Origin: Octopus bimaculoides
Taxonomy: Eukaryota
DNA: 64,000 nucleotides
Assembly (NCBI RefSeq): GCF_001194135.2
Contig: NC_068990.1
Location: 28,876,836-28,940,835 of the forward strand
Reading direction: 5' to 3'
The position numbers and the translations under genes are program-made. The notes beneath the pieces are model-generated. The model did no database searches and was not told the origin of the DNA. It saw nothing but the letters and a program-made list of their open reading frames with translations. Shown here one piece after another: positions 48,592-61,070 of this stretch; position 1 is the stretch's first letter; each line of letters opens with the position of its first letter.

Positions 48592-49640
48592 TATTAATTA
48601 CTCATTTATTCATTTATTTATTTTGGATGGGCACGGGGTGAAATTTCGGAAGTATATCTCGGTTTTGTTCAGCACACCACAGCCATGTATAACCCTATTG
48701 ATTATGAACTGTTGCATGTATATTGTTATGAAAATAAAATGTCACGTGGTCGCTGCCATATCTATCACTGATTCTAAAAAGGAATTAAACTTTCGTCTGC
48801 TAAACCTACTGTTTTCTTTATTCGTCTTTTTCCTTCTTCTTCTGTTTGTTCCTTTTTGCTCTCTATTCTGATATGAATGTATTTGATTCTGCTCGTTTAT
48901 TGATTCTTGGATGTAATAATAAAATATCTCCGGCATCGGTGGCTTCCATAAGATAAGTAAATAATCTTTGACAAATTACAACCGCAAAATCAAAAATAAA
49001 GATTTTAAAAAATACACACACGTACAGAAATAACATCAACGTTTTCTGTTAAAACCATAAATATCTGATAAATAGAGAGAACTCAAAGGAGAATGCAATG
49101 AAGAATAATTGTAGGACAGCCGAAAATTCAATTATCTGAAGAGGAAAATAAGCTGTCGTTACAAAGTTGTAATTCAAAACCGAGGAAAATTTAGAAGGCA
49201 ATCTTGGAAAACTCCATTACTTATCTAAGTTTAGTGACTTAAAATGGATGAGAAGCAAAGTATGTTGAACGTTTCTATGTCAAGTTAAGTTTTGAGTTTG
49301 GTGAAAATATACTCGAAAACTTTTAATCACATTTTCATTCTTAGAAGCCTTTTGATGACGGTAGAAGTTAGTGAAATACTAGATCACCGAAATAAATTTA
49401 GTATTTAGCAAATAAAAAGTAGAAAACTAATAAACAAAATAGTGTTCTTCATCGGCATAAATCAGTCATTTTTCTCATTTGGATACGTTCACTTGCAGTG
49501 GGAGGTTTCTATATTATTTTCTCCGAACGACGTCTCTGGCATAGAAAGTATTCCTACCTTCGTCTTCTCATGACATACAAACTTATTCACGTATTCACGT
49601 TAGTAATAAATTGCATATCCAATAGTTGTGTCTTTTTAAT

Positions 49641-50036
49641 GCGGCGAGCTGGCAGAAACGTTAGCACGCCGGGCGAAATGCTTAGCGGTATTTCGTCTGC
49701 CGTTACGTTCTGAGTTCAAATTCCGCCGAGGTCGACTTTGCCTTTCATCCTTTCGGGGTCGATAAATTAAGTACCAGTTACGCACTGGGGTCGATGTAAT
49801 CGACTTAATCCGTTCGTCTGTTCTTGTTTGTTCCCTCTATGTTTAGCCCCTTGTGGGCAATAACGAAATAGGTATTTCGTGTCTTTACATCCTGAGTTCA
49901 AATTCCGGCGAGGTCGACTTTGCCTTTCATCTTTTCGGGAACGATAAATTAAGTACCAGTTTCGTATTGGGATCGATCTAATCGACTGGCTCCCTCCTCA
50001 AAAATGTTGTGCTCTGTGCCTAGAGTAGAAAAGAAT
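49641..50036 (+). mobile_element. SINE family A dimer (young first monomer, headless second monomer)
   Basis: gcggcgagctggcagaaacgttagcacgccgggcgaaatgcttagc..GAGTTCAAATTCC..gggcaataacgaaatag, then a second gagttcaaattcc..gtaccagt..gtgcctagagtagaaaagaat. Confidence 0.92.
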
Positions 50037-50202
50037 AAATTGGGTATCCAGTATTTGTATGTCTTTCCTGTCTTCAACAAGGGATTGGTTTACTTTTTTT
50101 AAGTAGATACCAATATTATGTCAGAAATCGTTGGTATTTCCTGATCATAATGTCTCCTTGGGAAGAGGACAGGTGAGACCGTAGCCTGAATACGTTCACC
50201 TG

Positions 50203-50423
50203 TTTTATCTCTTACTTGTTTCGGTTATTAGACTACGGCCATGCTGGAGCAACGCCCTGAGGCCTTTTTAGTCGAACGACTCAACCCAAGTACTTATGTT
50301 TTTTTGCCTGATACTTATTCTAATCGGTCTCTTTTGCCGAACGGTTAAATTACATAGACGTAAACACACCAACACCGGTTGTCAAGCCGTGGTTGGGATA
50401 AACACAAACACAAGTTCACACGT

Positions 50424-50468
<45 letters not shown>

Positions 50469-50670
50469 CGACCAGCTTCTTTCAGTTTCCGTCTACCGAA
50501 TCCACTCACAAATTACTCACGGCCCGAAGCTATAGTGGAAGAGAAATCATCGTGGAAGAGAAATCATCGTGGAAGAGAAATCATCGTGGAAGACACTTGC
50601 CCAATGTTCCACAAAATGGGACTGAACCCGTAACCATGTGGTTGGGAAACAAATCTCTTGTCACACAGCA
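50203..50670 (-). mobile_element. SINE family B, full-length, with internal 17-bp triplication
   Basis: Tail, (TA)n and head; GTGGAAGAGAAATCATC x3 at 50535-50585. Confidence 0.9.
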
Positions 50671-51401
50671 CCTTTTGAGCGTTTTTTGATTATGAATTTA
50701 ATTCCATTCCTCGTTGGTTGCCATTGTATTTTCAAGCATTACAAAATCACCAAATTCATTTCCATCTACCCAACTCTAACGATTATTTTTATCTTTCCCC
50801 TTCTGCTCTTCGTCGTTCACTCTCTCCTTATCTTTCACTATTACAAATTTCCCGACAATTACAACTGCCCTCTATTGGCAGAGACATGAAAGTATTGTCA
50901 CAGCAAGTAAACACCTCATGTCATTTAGTTATGAATCATTTTAAAATCTTAATTCTGATCACGTTTGTATTTCTTCCAACCTAATTCAGTATAATAAGCA
51001 CCAGTTTTATATTGGAGTCGATTTAATCAAGTAACCCCGTTTCCATAATTTGCACTCATTTTGATATATTTACGGTTGAAACCATTTGACTACGGCTTTG
51101 CTGGAGCAACACTTTAAGAGATTTCAGTTGATTATGCTTCGATTGCTACACTACTTTCTATTGTTTTATCGCCAATCATGTTTTGACAAATCTAGAAACA
51201 ATGTCACTCCAACCATCGATTGGTGGAATCGTTACAAAGTCAGACAAAATACTTCAGCCATTATTTCCAGTGCATTACGTCCTAAGATGAAATCTAACCG
51301 AGGTCACCATTCCCTTTCATTATTCCGTCGTCGATATAATACAATATTAGTCAAGTACAGATGTCGCTGGTATCGGCGAAGCACCTCCCACTAAGTTTAG
51401 A

Positions 51402-51613
51402 TTTTTTTTATTTACTTGTTTCAGCCATTAGAGTGCGGCCATGCTGGGGCAACGCCTTGAAGAATATCTAGTCGAAAGAATCAAACCCAGAACTCATTCT
51501 TTTTCTTTTTTTTAAGCGTGGTACTTATTTTATCGGTGTCTTTTGCCGAACCGCAGATAAAGCACACCAAGAACGGTTGTCAAGAGGAGGGTCGGGAGAT
51601 ATCCAGACACGAA

Positions 51614-51655
<42 letters not shown>

Positions 51656-51829
51656 AACAACACAGGTTTCTTTCAGTTTCCGTTTACCAAATCCACTCAA
51701 AAGATTTTGATCGGTCCGAGGACACAGTAGAAAACACTAGATCTTGGTGCCAAGCAATGGAGCGGAACCCGAAACTATGTGGTTGGGAGGCAATTAATCT
51801 TCTTACCACAAAGCCACACCTACACTTAC
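51402..51829 (-). mobile_element. SINE family B, full-length
   Basis: Tail, (CA)n and head, continuing into the 24-bp array. Confidence 0.88.
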
Positions 51830-52323
51830 CCACACAGCCACGCTAGCGCCTATCCACACAGCGATGATAGCGGCTATCCACACAACCACGCCAGCGCCTA
51901 TCCACACAGCCACGTCAGCGCCTACCCACACAGCCACGCCGGTGTCTATCTACACAGCCACGCCAGCGCCTATCCACACAACTATGCCAGCGCCTATTCG
52001 CACAGTCACGCCATCGCCTATCCATACAGCCACGCTAGCGCCTATCAACACAGTCACGTCAGCGCCTATCCACACAGCTATGCCAGCGCCTATACACAGC
52101 TATGCCAGCGCCTATCCACACAGCTATGCCAGCACCTAGCCACACAGTCACGCCAGCGCCTATCCATACAGCCACGCTAGCGCCTATCCGCACAGCCACG
52201 CCAGCGCCATTGCAAACAGTCACGCCAGCGCCATTGCAAACAGCCACGCCAGCGCATATCCACACAGGCACGCCAGCGCCTATCCACACAGCTACGCCAG
52301 TGCCTATCTACACAGCTACGCCA
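51830..52323. repeat. 24-bp minisatellite, ~21 units (CCACACAGCCACGCCAGCGCCTAT)
   Basis: Units counted by eye; one 22-bp unit; the unit corresponds to the first 24 nt of the SINE-B head. Confidence 0.95.
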
Positions 52324-52710
52324 CTACGCAAGAGGAAATACGAACATAGATTTAAGAAATTCGCTCCACAACAATGAAGTCTGAAGGGAAATTACACAGC
52401 AGGACGTCCTGTGTAGATATTGTCTTCTATGACGTCCAGCTTATGCGTACCTAATGAGTTAAAATGGTTTTAGACAGATTTTATAGAAGCCTGTCATGCG
52501 GATTGTACCACTAACTGAGAATTTATTGCTGTGTAACGCTGATTCCGTTTGAGAATTATGGTAAGGATATATGTGTCTGTGGAACATTCAACTAGAGACG
52601 TTAATTCTGGACGAAGTGATTGAGTTGAGCGTATCAGTGAGTCTTTGTAGTTGAACGACGGATATCCAAGACCATAAAGACTACCGCGGCCACCAAGATT
52701 TATCGATAGG

Positions 52711-52771
<61 letters not shown>

Positions 52772-53325
52772 TATCTATATGACTGCAGTGAGTCCTGAGA
52801 TCTTGTTGATATACTGACCTTCCCAATGTAGAACAATATCTGTTTGTGCACCGGGTTTTACACCAAGAATCTTGCAACATGAAGGTATGTGCATGTGTGT
52901 GTGTGAGTGTGTGTATGTTAATATTATATATTCATAAAAATATATACGTAACAACAAATGTAGACGTAAAAGAAGTGAGAGGGGAAATCGAGAGAAAAAA
53001 AATGAAAGACGGCCAACCGTAGAAGGGGAAGGAGATGACGATATTTATGATCATCTGCCTAAAACATTTCATAACAACCTTTCACAATTTTTTTTTTTCT
53101 TGACGAGTTCCTCAATACGAAATGTTGATTAAGAGACATTTATTTCAAAACAAACATTATTGATTTCAGTTGAAGTTTTCAGGGATCAGAAGCAACATAT
53201 TTGAAGCTTCTAGCTTCTCACACCAGGCCTTTTAAACTCGTTAAAAGTTATCAGTAGGACAGCCGACAGCTTCTTTTTCTCGAAACATCAACACTGCTGT
53301 GTTTTGTATACAAACGGAAAATAAA

Positions 53326-53368
<43 letters not shown>

Positions 53369-54215
53369 GTAAGTAAAGAAACATTCACAGCTTCACATTG
53401 GCTAATGTGTTGATTTTTTTCCTAAGAAAAGTGTCGAAATAAAAAAAGAATTCAGCGGAATGGAAATGTGAAGAAGCGGGTGGGAAAATTCTGCTTTATT
53501 CATATTTTGTTGAAGTCAAGAGAACAGCTACGTCCATTAAATACAAGACAGGAAGTGCTCTAAAACTGATTTGTACAAACGAAAAGTGAAGATGTATGCA
53601 TATGTCTGTATGTCTACTTGTACATAAGCATTGACACACTTATATACATACATATGTATATACATAAGTAACTTTGTTTGATATATATACACGTATAAAT
53701 ATGTGTGTGTGTATGTGTTTATGCATGTATACTTGTATGTACATCGTAATTTTAACTGTATAAAAAAGAAGAAACAGTAACTAGAAGATGAATCTGAAAG
53801 ACGAAGTAGAGTTTAAAATTTATTTTAAAAGCAATACCAGTGACTTCGAAGTGTGACCTGATGGATAGTGATTTTTAAAAAAACACCCAAGGTACCTTAT
53901 ATAATGAAGCAGAAAAGGGGCAGTAGTGAGCGATATGATGAAATTAAAGCAAATTTTAAGTCAGGAAGATGAACTCATGTACATATGACTGTTATATATA
54001 TAATTCAATACGAAGTGTTGGAGTTACGGAGAAATTTAATAGAAATAAATGAAGGAATAAGAAAGGAAGAACTATTTATTACATATCCTAACAGTTGTAT
54101 CGAGTATAACAAATTTGAAGTATTGTGCCTGGACCTCTATTACTTACAACAAAGAGTTTTGAAGAAATATATATGATACACTTTTTGCTATATATATACA
54201 ATATAATGAACCGAA

Positions 54216-54596
54216 TGTGGAGGTGCAATGGCCCAGTAATTAGAGCAGTGGGCTCGCGGTCGTAGGAAAACGGTACCGATTCCCAGACCGGGCGTTGTGT
54301 GTGTTTATTGAAGAAAAACACCTAAAGCTCCACGAGGCTCCGGCGGTGGGGGGCCTGAACCCTGCTGTACTCTTTCACCACAACTTTCTCTCACTCTTCC
54401 TGTTTCTGTTGTACCTGTATTTCAAAGGGCCAGCCTTGTCACACTCCGTGTCACGCTGAATCTCCCCGAGAACTACGTTATGGGTACACGTGTCTGTGGA
54501 GTGCTCAACCACTTGCACGTTAATTTCACGAGTAGGCTGTCCCGTTGGTCAGATCAACTGGAACCCTTGTCGTCGTAACTAACGGAGTGCCACAAC
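54216..54596 (+). mobile_element. tRNA-derived SINE family E, full-length
   Basis: Head tgtggaggtgcaatggcccagt..gattcccagaccgggc (related to the family D head); tail shared with 44800 and 60753. Confidence 0.85.
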
Positions 54597-55358
54597 CGAA
54601 CGAATCGCATTTCATCACATAAAGTAGTTTAGTAAAATTTTCACAACACTATTTTAGCAACATAGAGAATTAAATAAAAACATGAGGCATTTAACAATAT
54701 TATTGTGTTGTTAAATAAACTCGTTAGCATTTTTCTATTTTTTCTTATATATTTTAATCCTTTCCAATATTATTTCAATTAAACACGAAAATATTGTTAT
54801 CGTATCTTTTATGGTTGTTTGTAGCTCATTTTTCTCCACACCTGTTGTTTATCTTTGTTAGAATTTCAATATATCTTACCTCACATTACATAACGATGAT
54901 AAATTTCCAAGTAATAAACTAAAATGAACAAATTTCGTGACAAGCCAATACTATATCCTATTTACTATATATTGGTCTAAGAAAACAATATTCGATCGAC
55001 AAAATATATTTATATAGTGATACTATATTAAATCCAACATTGTCTTGATCCCTTAAGTCCTGATGGAGCCATACAGGCGTAAAATCCCCTATCGTGACAA
55101 ACGATATATCTGTCATTTTAAACATAACAGAAGCCATCCGTTACCTCCTCTGACTTCATCCGCTTTCCTTTAACGCATTATCGGGTTAGTAACATCATTA
55201 AGCAAACGTATCATATAAGTGTAAGTCGTTATAATTGCACTGCATCAATATTAACAAACGGCAAAGTGATTAGTGAAGCTCTGCATCAACATGACTTGAA
55301 TTATTTAGTAAAATTAATTAGAGGTATACAGTGAACTTGCTAAGTGGAGTAGAAAATC

Positions 55359-55510
55359 CAACGCTCCGAACAGATTCCTTCTTCAGGAAAAAGTTGCAAG
55401 TAGAGAAATTAATGAGACGCAGCAGAAGGTGTAAAGCCCTGATGCCTCTCATTAATTTCTTCCTTTTCAACGTTTTTTTTTTCTGAAGAAGGATTATACC
55501 CGAAGCGTTG
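55359..55510. repeat. Imperfect ~60-bp-arm inverted repeat; each arm carries a decayed hammerhead-like core
   Basis: Plus strand: CTGAAGA-A-GG..CC-GAAG-CGTT (55483-55509). Minus strand: CTGAAGA-A-GG..C-GGAG-CGTT. Inner arms agaaattaatgaga / tctcattaatttct. Confidence 0.65.
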
Positions 55511-55585
55511 AAGTTTTCACTCCCAATGGCAAGTTCACTGTACTTATTCCATCCATTTTATTGTATCATTAATAGTTATAGTAAT

Positions 55586-55800
55586 GTGAGGAGATGGCAG
55601 AATTGTTAGCGGCATTTCGTCCGGGTTTACGTTCCGAGTTCAAATTCCACCGAGATTGACTTTACGTTTACTCCTCTCGAGGTCGATGTAATATATACCA
55701 GAAGAGCACCAGGGTCGATGAAATTAGTACCACATGGGCACAGGGGGTCGATGTAATCGACTAGCCCCCACCCTCCTCGAACATTTCAGTGTTTGTGCGT
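55586..55800 (+). mobile_element. SINE family A, rearranged
   Basis: gagatggcagaattgttagc..tttacgttccgagttcaaattccaccgag..ggggtcgatgtaatcgacta; internal duplication of ggtcgat..tacca. Confidence 0.75.
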
Positions 55801-56292
55801 ATATTATAAAATATCATATATTAATACTAATTTACTTGCAAGAGTATTAAAGAAAATATGTTAAAGTTATACCTGTGAGCCGAACCGAAACAACTACAGT
55901 GACTTTAAACAAACATTCTACTAAGTTTCTGTTTTATATTGATCTAAAATAATATAAGTAGATTAGATCAGCAAAATATCTTATAGTTAAATAATGATAT
56001 AATATTATGGTTGTGGCATTAAATAAAAATACCATAGAGTTATATAATGATCTGAAAATAGAGTTAGTGACATCAACAAACACATTTTGGGCTGCTTTCG
56101 ATCGATATGTTTGTCTGTAGCAGGCCACCGAGGAGACGAAACACTCTGATTTGGAAAGGTAATAAAATAATAAAATAAAATAAGATACATGTAAATGAAG
56201 CTTGTTGTCAGGACAAGCAGTCTAACTTAGTATTAGAGTCGCTAATAAAAAAAATGCAGAGAGAATAACCAGTTTAGTTCAGTCTTGTCTTG

Positions 56293-56327
<35 letters not shown>

Positions 56328-57314
56328 ATTCAAGTGACTAGATGTGTAACCTAGAAGTCACTAACCTTTCATGAAAGACCAGAGCTGAACAATAATTTAT
56401 TGAACAATGAAGAGAATGTGACCAGAATTACAGTGAAAAGGTCTTTCACGTCGAACAATATGGCTCTCATTACAACTGCAGACTAACCTGTTCGAATCTT
56501 AACAGAGCTGTTGTTGTTGTTGTCGTCGTCGTTGTTGTTCTTGTTCTTGTTGTTGCAGTTGCTGTATGACCTCAGGTCAGTCCTGAAGGAGTAAGGCCTA
56601 TGATCAACGGCGTTCTATCCGTAACCACCCAACGTTACAGGGAGACTTACATTATCCAATGTGTCCTTTATCGTTTTAAGACGCTGAAATAAGATCTGGA
56701 AGCAAATTTGACTGTTATTTCTGGTATGTTTAGGGACACGTATAAGCTCCCTCTTCATTTATTTAGAAATATCTTGAATTACAATATCTAATGTATCATT
56801 TCAATTTTGAAGCTGGTAATATGGAATTTTACTGAAGCATTTTTTGGTAGTTATAGCCGGAGTAGAATATCGTTTCTCATTCTGATTTGTACCAGCCCCA
56901 GCGAAGCTAAAATCTTTTCGCTGAATGCTGGAAATGGTCATGTGAAAAGAATTTATATAGTTTTGATAAAATATCTGAAACCAAAGAATGAAAATTCGGC
57001 TAGAAAAGGCGTTCAGAGAAAGGTACATACCAAGCACACACGCCGTAAATATTTCATTCACTTCTCCAGCCGTTACCCGCTTCGTCGCCAGCTTCTCAGT
57101 TCTTCTAGTTTCTTTTGCGTTGCATCAATATTTTCCTTACCCCACACGACGCACGGCCACACATAATTCTACTTATGTACCTGTACTTGCAGCAGCATTT
57201 CAGTGGAAATACAAAGTCACATGTGGTCTCCAGTCACATGTATGCACACTTTAGGACAGTGTGATCCGTAGCAGCTCATCTTTACCATCAATTGTCGACT
57301 GTCGCAGAGGATTC

Positions 57315-57549
57315 TTATTTCTTTATTGCCCACAAGGAGCTACACACAGAGAGGGAACAAAGAAGGACAGACAAATGGATTAAATCGATTATATCGACCC
57401 CAGTGCGTAACTGGTACTTAATTTATCGACCCCGAAAGGATGAAAAGCAAAGTCGACCTCGGCGGAATTCGAACTCAGGACGTAGCGGCAGACGAAATAC
57501 CGCTAAGCATTTCGCCCGGTGTGCTAACGTTTCTGCCAGCTTGCCGCTG
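57315..57549 (-). mobile_element. SINE family A, full-length, with perfect 16-bp TSD
   Basis: CTGTCGCAGAGGATTC at 57299-57314 and 57550-57565; body roughly 90% like 49641-49870 by eye. Confidence 0.95.
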
Positions 57550-58668
57550 CTGTCGCAGAGGATTCGATGACCAAGTCACCGCCGATTATCGGAGCACATG
57601 TAGCCTGGACTTGACGCGGGTTATAGACACATATTTTAACAAAAACTAAGGTGTTGCCTGAATGGTTGTCTGGTTTCTATTCTTTCACACATCCTATTTC
57701 CACTTTTAATACAATAAACACCGCCTCTCGTATTAATCTCACTAATAAAAATAATTATGCGCCTATTCATTTTATACAAATTATACTCACCAAACGGATT
57801 ATATAACCATAAAGATGTTTTCATTTGCGGATTTGTTTATAGAAGTAAATCCACAATGACAGATACCACTGATCATTGGAGTATAAGACACTAAGGTTGT
57901 CTTTCACCTCTGCATAAAACAACCTTCGCTTTTGTGAACGAACACAATGGCGGATAGAAATTCTACAATGTGCTATTGAAATTTAAAGCCTAAAAGAGTT
58001 TTAAGAAGCAGACTACGGGTGTTTTTAAGAAGCAAACTCCATGTCGTTTAAGAAACAAAATCCATTCATTTAAAACACGGCAAACGCAATATATCGATCA
58101 AAAAGGGGCTCTCTTTCGCTTTCGAGTTTCATTTCAAATGTGGAATATTCGTACACCTTTTTCTGTACACAGAGCCTATTGCCCTTCATACCGTGAACCA
58201 AACAATGGTTGTCAGACTATGTTGGCTTGATATGTTAAAACGAGTCCTTAAACATGAAGTAGAAACAAACATCCAATTCGTTATGCTTTCCAATAATGCC
58301 ATGTGAGTCGAGTGGCTGAAATGAAAGAGGATGTTTTTGCCGAGAAACCAAACGAAATAAAATGACTTGTACATCTCATCAGCTTTGAAATGGATAAAAC
58401 TAGTGACAGATGTAAAAAAAATATCAAGTGAATGTACTGCATTATTTGTGCAATGTTCCACACAAACTACATTTGATTTGACCAAGAATTGAATTGAAGA
58501 ATGGCTTTTAGCGATGGAATGAGTTACATTAAATTTCAGCAGAACACAGAACAATAATAAAAACACTTTGAATATAATAACTGAAGGAATCGGGATTAAG
58601 TATAACAAGATTCTAGACTTACTAAAGAAAATAATTGAAAACATTCAACGAAAACGATTAAGCAGGGA

Positions 58669-58899
58669 TTAACACATTAAGTCCCATAGTACTTAAATTT
58701 CTGAATATTACTTTTAAATTTCTACCCATGATTGAAAATAGATTAAAATGGAAATAATAATTATTAAAACTCCTTTACTTCAAGTAGAAATGGAAATACT
58801 CGGTGTCTTATAAATAGGACACCGAGACAATGTGATATAGCACATTTAATGTTTTCATTTGGTGTCCTATTTATAGGACAGTAGGACTTAATGGGTTGA
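58669..58899. mobile_element. piggyBac-like MITE
   Basis: TTAA-CACATTAAGTCC ... GGACTTAATGGG-TTGA (11/12 TIR); two internal near-palindromes, ctcggtgtcttataaataggacaccgag and tgtcctatttataggaca. Confidence 0.6.
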
Positions 58900-59978
58900 C
58901 CTGAGTTTATTTGGATTTGCAAAAGATTTTTTATTCGTCTGAAGCGAGGTATGGTTCTAATACTTTAACGCTTTGTCAGACTGGAGTGAAGAATGAGTTG
59001 ATGAGATGAACTCTTTTGCCATTCCTGTTGAAATCTTTTATAACAGAAATCTATGTGAAATTATAGGTGCCGAGTTAACTCCCTATAAATGGGCTTCGTT
59101 CAAATAAGAAAGATTGAGGCAACATATTTAGTAGTGGCAGTGTACACACGTATAAAGGAAGAGTAGCAGGTGAGATGAATGAAATAAATTTCAGTTGGTG
59201 AAGGTATTGAAAAGCAGATTCAGAGAAGGAGCCATTGTGTTTGCAATGAGAAGAAATAACGGAGATATAACGGAGGTGTTGATAGTTTGGTAGTTGTGTT
59301 GAAATAAAGGCTTAGCATCATTGACCTTTGTCAACTGTATCAAGAGGATTATTGAGAAAATTAATGTCATTCGAATATCAATCTCAACTTAATTAAACTG
59401 ATAATGAAACAGACGACAGAATGTTGAAGGGTTAACGGGCAATATATCGTTACATTATAATAATGAGATTAAATCTTTGTTTCCTTAGCTTTGGATAAAC
59501 AACAAAACAGCCCAGCAATCATTACATGAAGTCAGGAACGTCATTGTTGTTACAATAACCCTATTAGATTCTTGGAGTATTTAATGTACACCCAGCTGAT
59601 CTATGGCTACCGAAGCCTATTCTTGAAGAACTGTATATTACAGATAAAGACGGCAAGCAATCAAGCAATTCAATATTGATTTCATTGAGGATTCTCTGCT
59701 AGATATCATGGTTGTTATTCTACTGATCCTAATAAAGTTCTTTCTCCAACCAGTATTCTTTCATATGCATTATATTCATTAAAAATATTCCTTCTTTGAA
59801 TGTGAAGAAGTCCATTTAATGTCTTAAGTACAAGTATTCTCATGCATTCTTTTACGAATGTTTCACAGAGATAAACATTCAAACAATTAAGTAAATAGAA
59901 AGGAAGAAATATATTCTCTACAATTAATTAAATATATTCCGAGAATATTTGACCACCTAATATATGTAATGTATAAAC

Positions 59979-60380
59979 ATAGGCGCAAGCGTTGCTGGGC
60001 GGAAAGAAATTTGCATCCCAACCACGTGGTCCCGGGTTCATTCTTACTGAGTGGTATCTTGGGCAATTGTCTTCCTTCCACTATAGCTCTGGGTCGATCA
60101 AAACCTTGTGAGTGGTAAACAGAAACTGAAAGAAACTTGTCGTATATATACGTGTGTGTGTGTTTTCTATGTGTGTGTTTGCCCCACCACCACCACTACT
60201 ACCACTTGACAAGTGGTATACAAGTGGTATTGGTGTGTTTATGTCCTTGTTACTTAACGGTTCAACAAAACAGGCCAATAGAATGAATACCAGGGTCGAT
60301 TCATTTTACTAAAAATTCTTCAAAGTGGTACTCCAGCATGGCCGAAGTCAAATGACTGAATCAAAAACTGCAATAAAGAT
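59979..60380 (+). mobile_element. SINE family B, full-length, diverged
   Basis: ataggcgcaagcg..ccaaccacgtggtcccgggttca..ccttgtgagtgg..actccagcatggccgaagtcaaatgactgaa. Confidence 0.85.
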
Positions 60381-60752
60381 AGATGAAACGTGATAAATGA
60401 ATTTATAATCCTGACATGGACAACAATAGAAAATGGTGAAAATGCAAGAACACTTTGAGTCAGCATCGACCGAACTCAGTTAAGAAATTTGGCAAATTTG
60501 ATCAAGTTTAATTTTTCCTGACAAGATATAAACGAGTTTAAATGTTTGAATCATATTGAATATGGCAAGGATGTGATTCGAAATGCTGGAATAATGTGTA
60601 CGAGGACTTTTGTCACACGTTGATAACAAAATGCTAAATATTACTGCAGGTAGAACAATTGACAAACAAAGAACAAAAATAAAATTAGTTGAAAAACAAC
60701 AACGGAAATAGTTGAAAAAGTAAAACTATTAATGACAGATGTACTGACAAAC

Positions 60753-61070
60753 TGGCACTCTGCCGGTTTAGATGATAAGTGTTCCTCTTCATCCGATTAA
60801 TGGAACATCCTGCTCTTGAAATTAGATCTTGCGTGTGGCCGAGTACTGCACAAATATGCATACCCTCAACGTAATTCTCAGGGAGATTTAGTGTGACACG
60901 GAATGTGACAGGGGTGGTCCTATGAATCCTAGTTACACCTCAATCTTTCTAGCTATGTGAACTGGAGCAACAGGAAATAAACTGTCTTGTCCAAAGGCAC
61001 AACTCTCCGCCCTGATTCGAAATCATGATCCCCAGCCGAATATCCTACCCACACAACCACGTGTCTTCAC
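60753..61070 (-). mobile_element. SINE E tail (60753-60927) and SINE D/E-type head fragment (60944-61070)
   Basis: tggcactc..ctcaacgtaattctcagggagattt.gtgtgacacgg..; gtgaactggagcaac..gaaataaa..ccacgtgtcttcac. Confidence 0.7.

Noticed and set aside
1981-48597. Long ORFs of 150-390 aa in the track (for example 1981-3114, 7788-8629, 20120-20908, 36264-37461, 47881-48597)
   Set aside because: They consist of X residues read through N-gaps plus (TA)n translation; not coding evidence.
51830-52323. CRISPR-like array
   Set aside because: Contiguous 24-bp units with no unique spacers, in a eukaryotic context with no cas genes.
51779-52377. PHSHASAY and TATPAPIH repeat ORFs as a repetitive structural protein
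   Set aside because: The unit derives from the SINE B head, a 2-bp deletion breaks the frame, and there is no splice or start context.
58186-58644. 152-aa minus-strand ORF
   Set aside because: Hydrophobic, low-information translation of AT-rich DNA with no recognisable domain; the opposite strand has multiple stops.
58900-59400. Old LINE remnant on the minus strand
   Set aside because: Composition is suggestive, but no alignable RT or endonuclease motif was found by eye.
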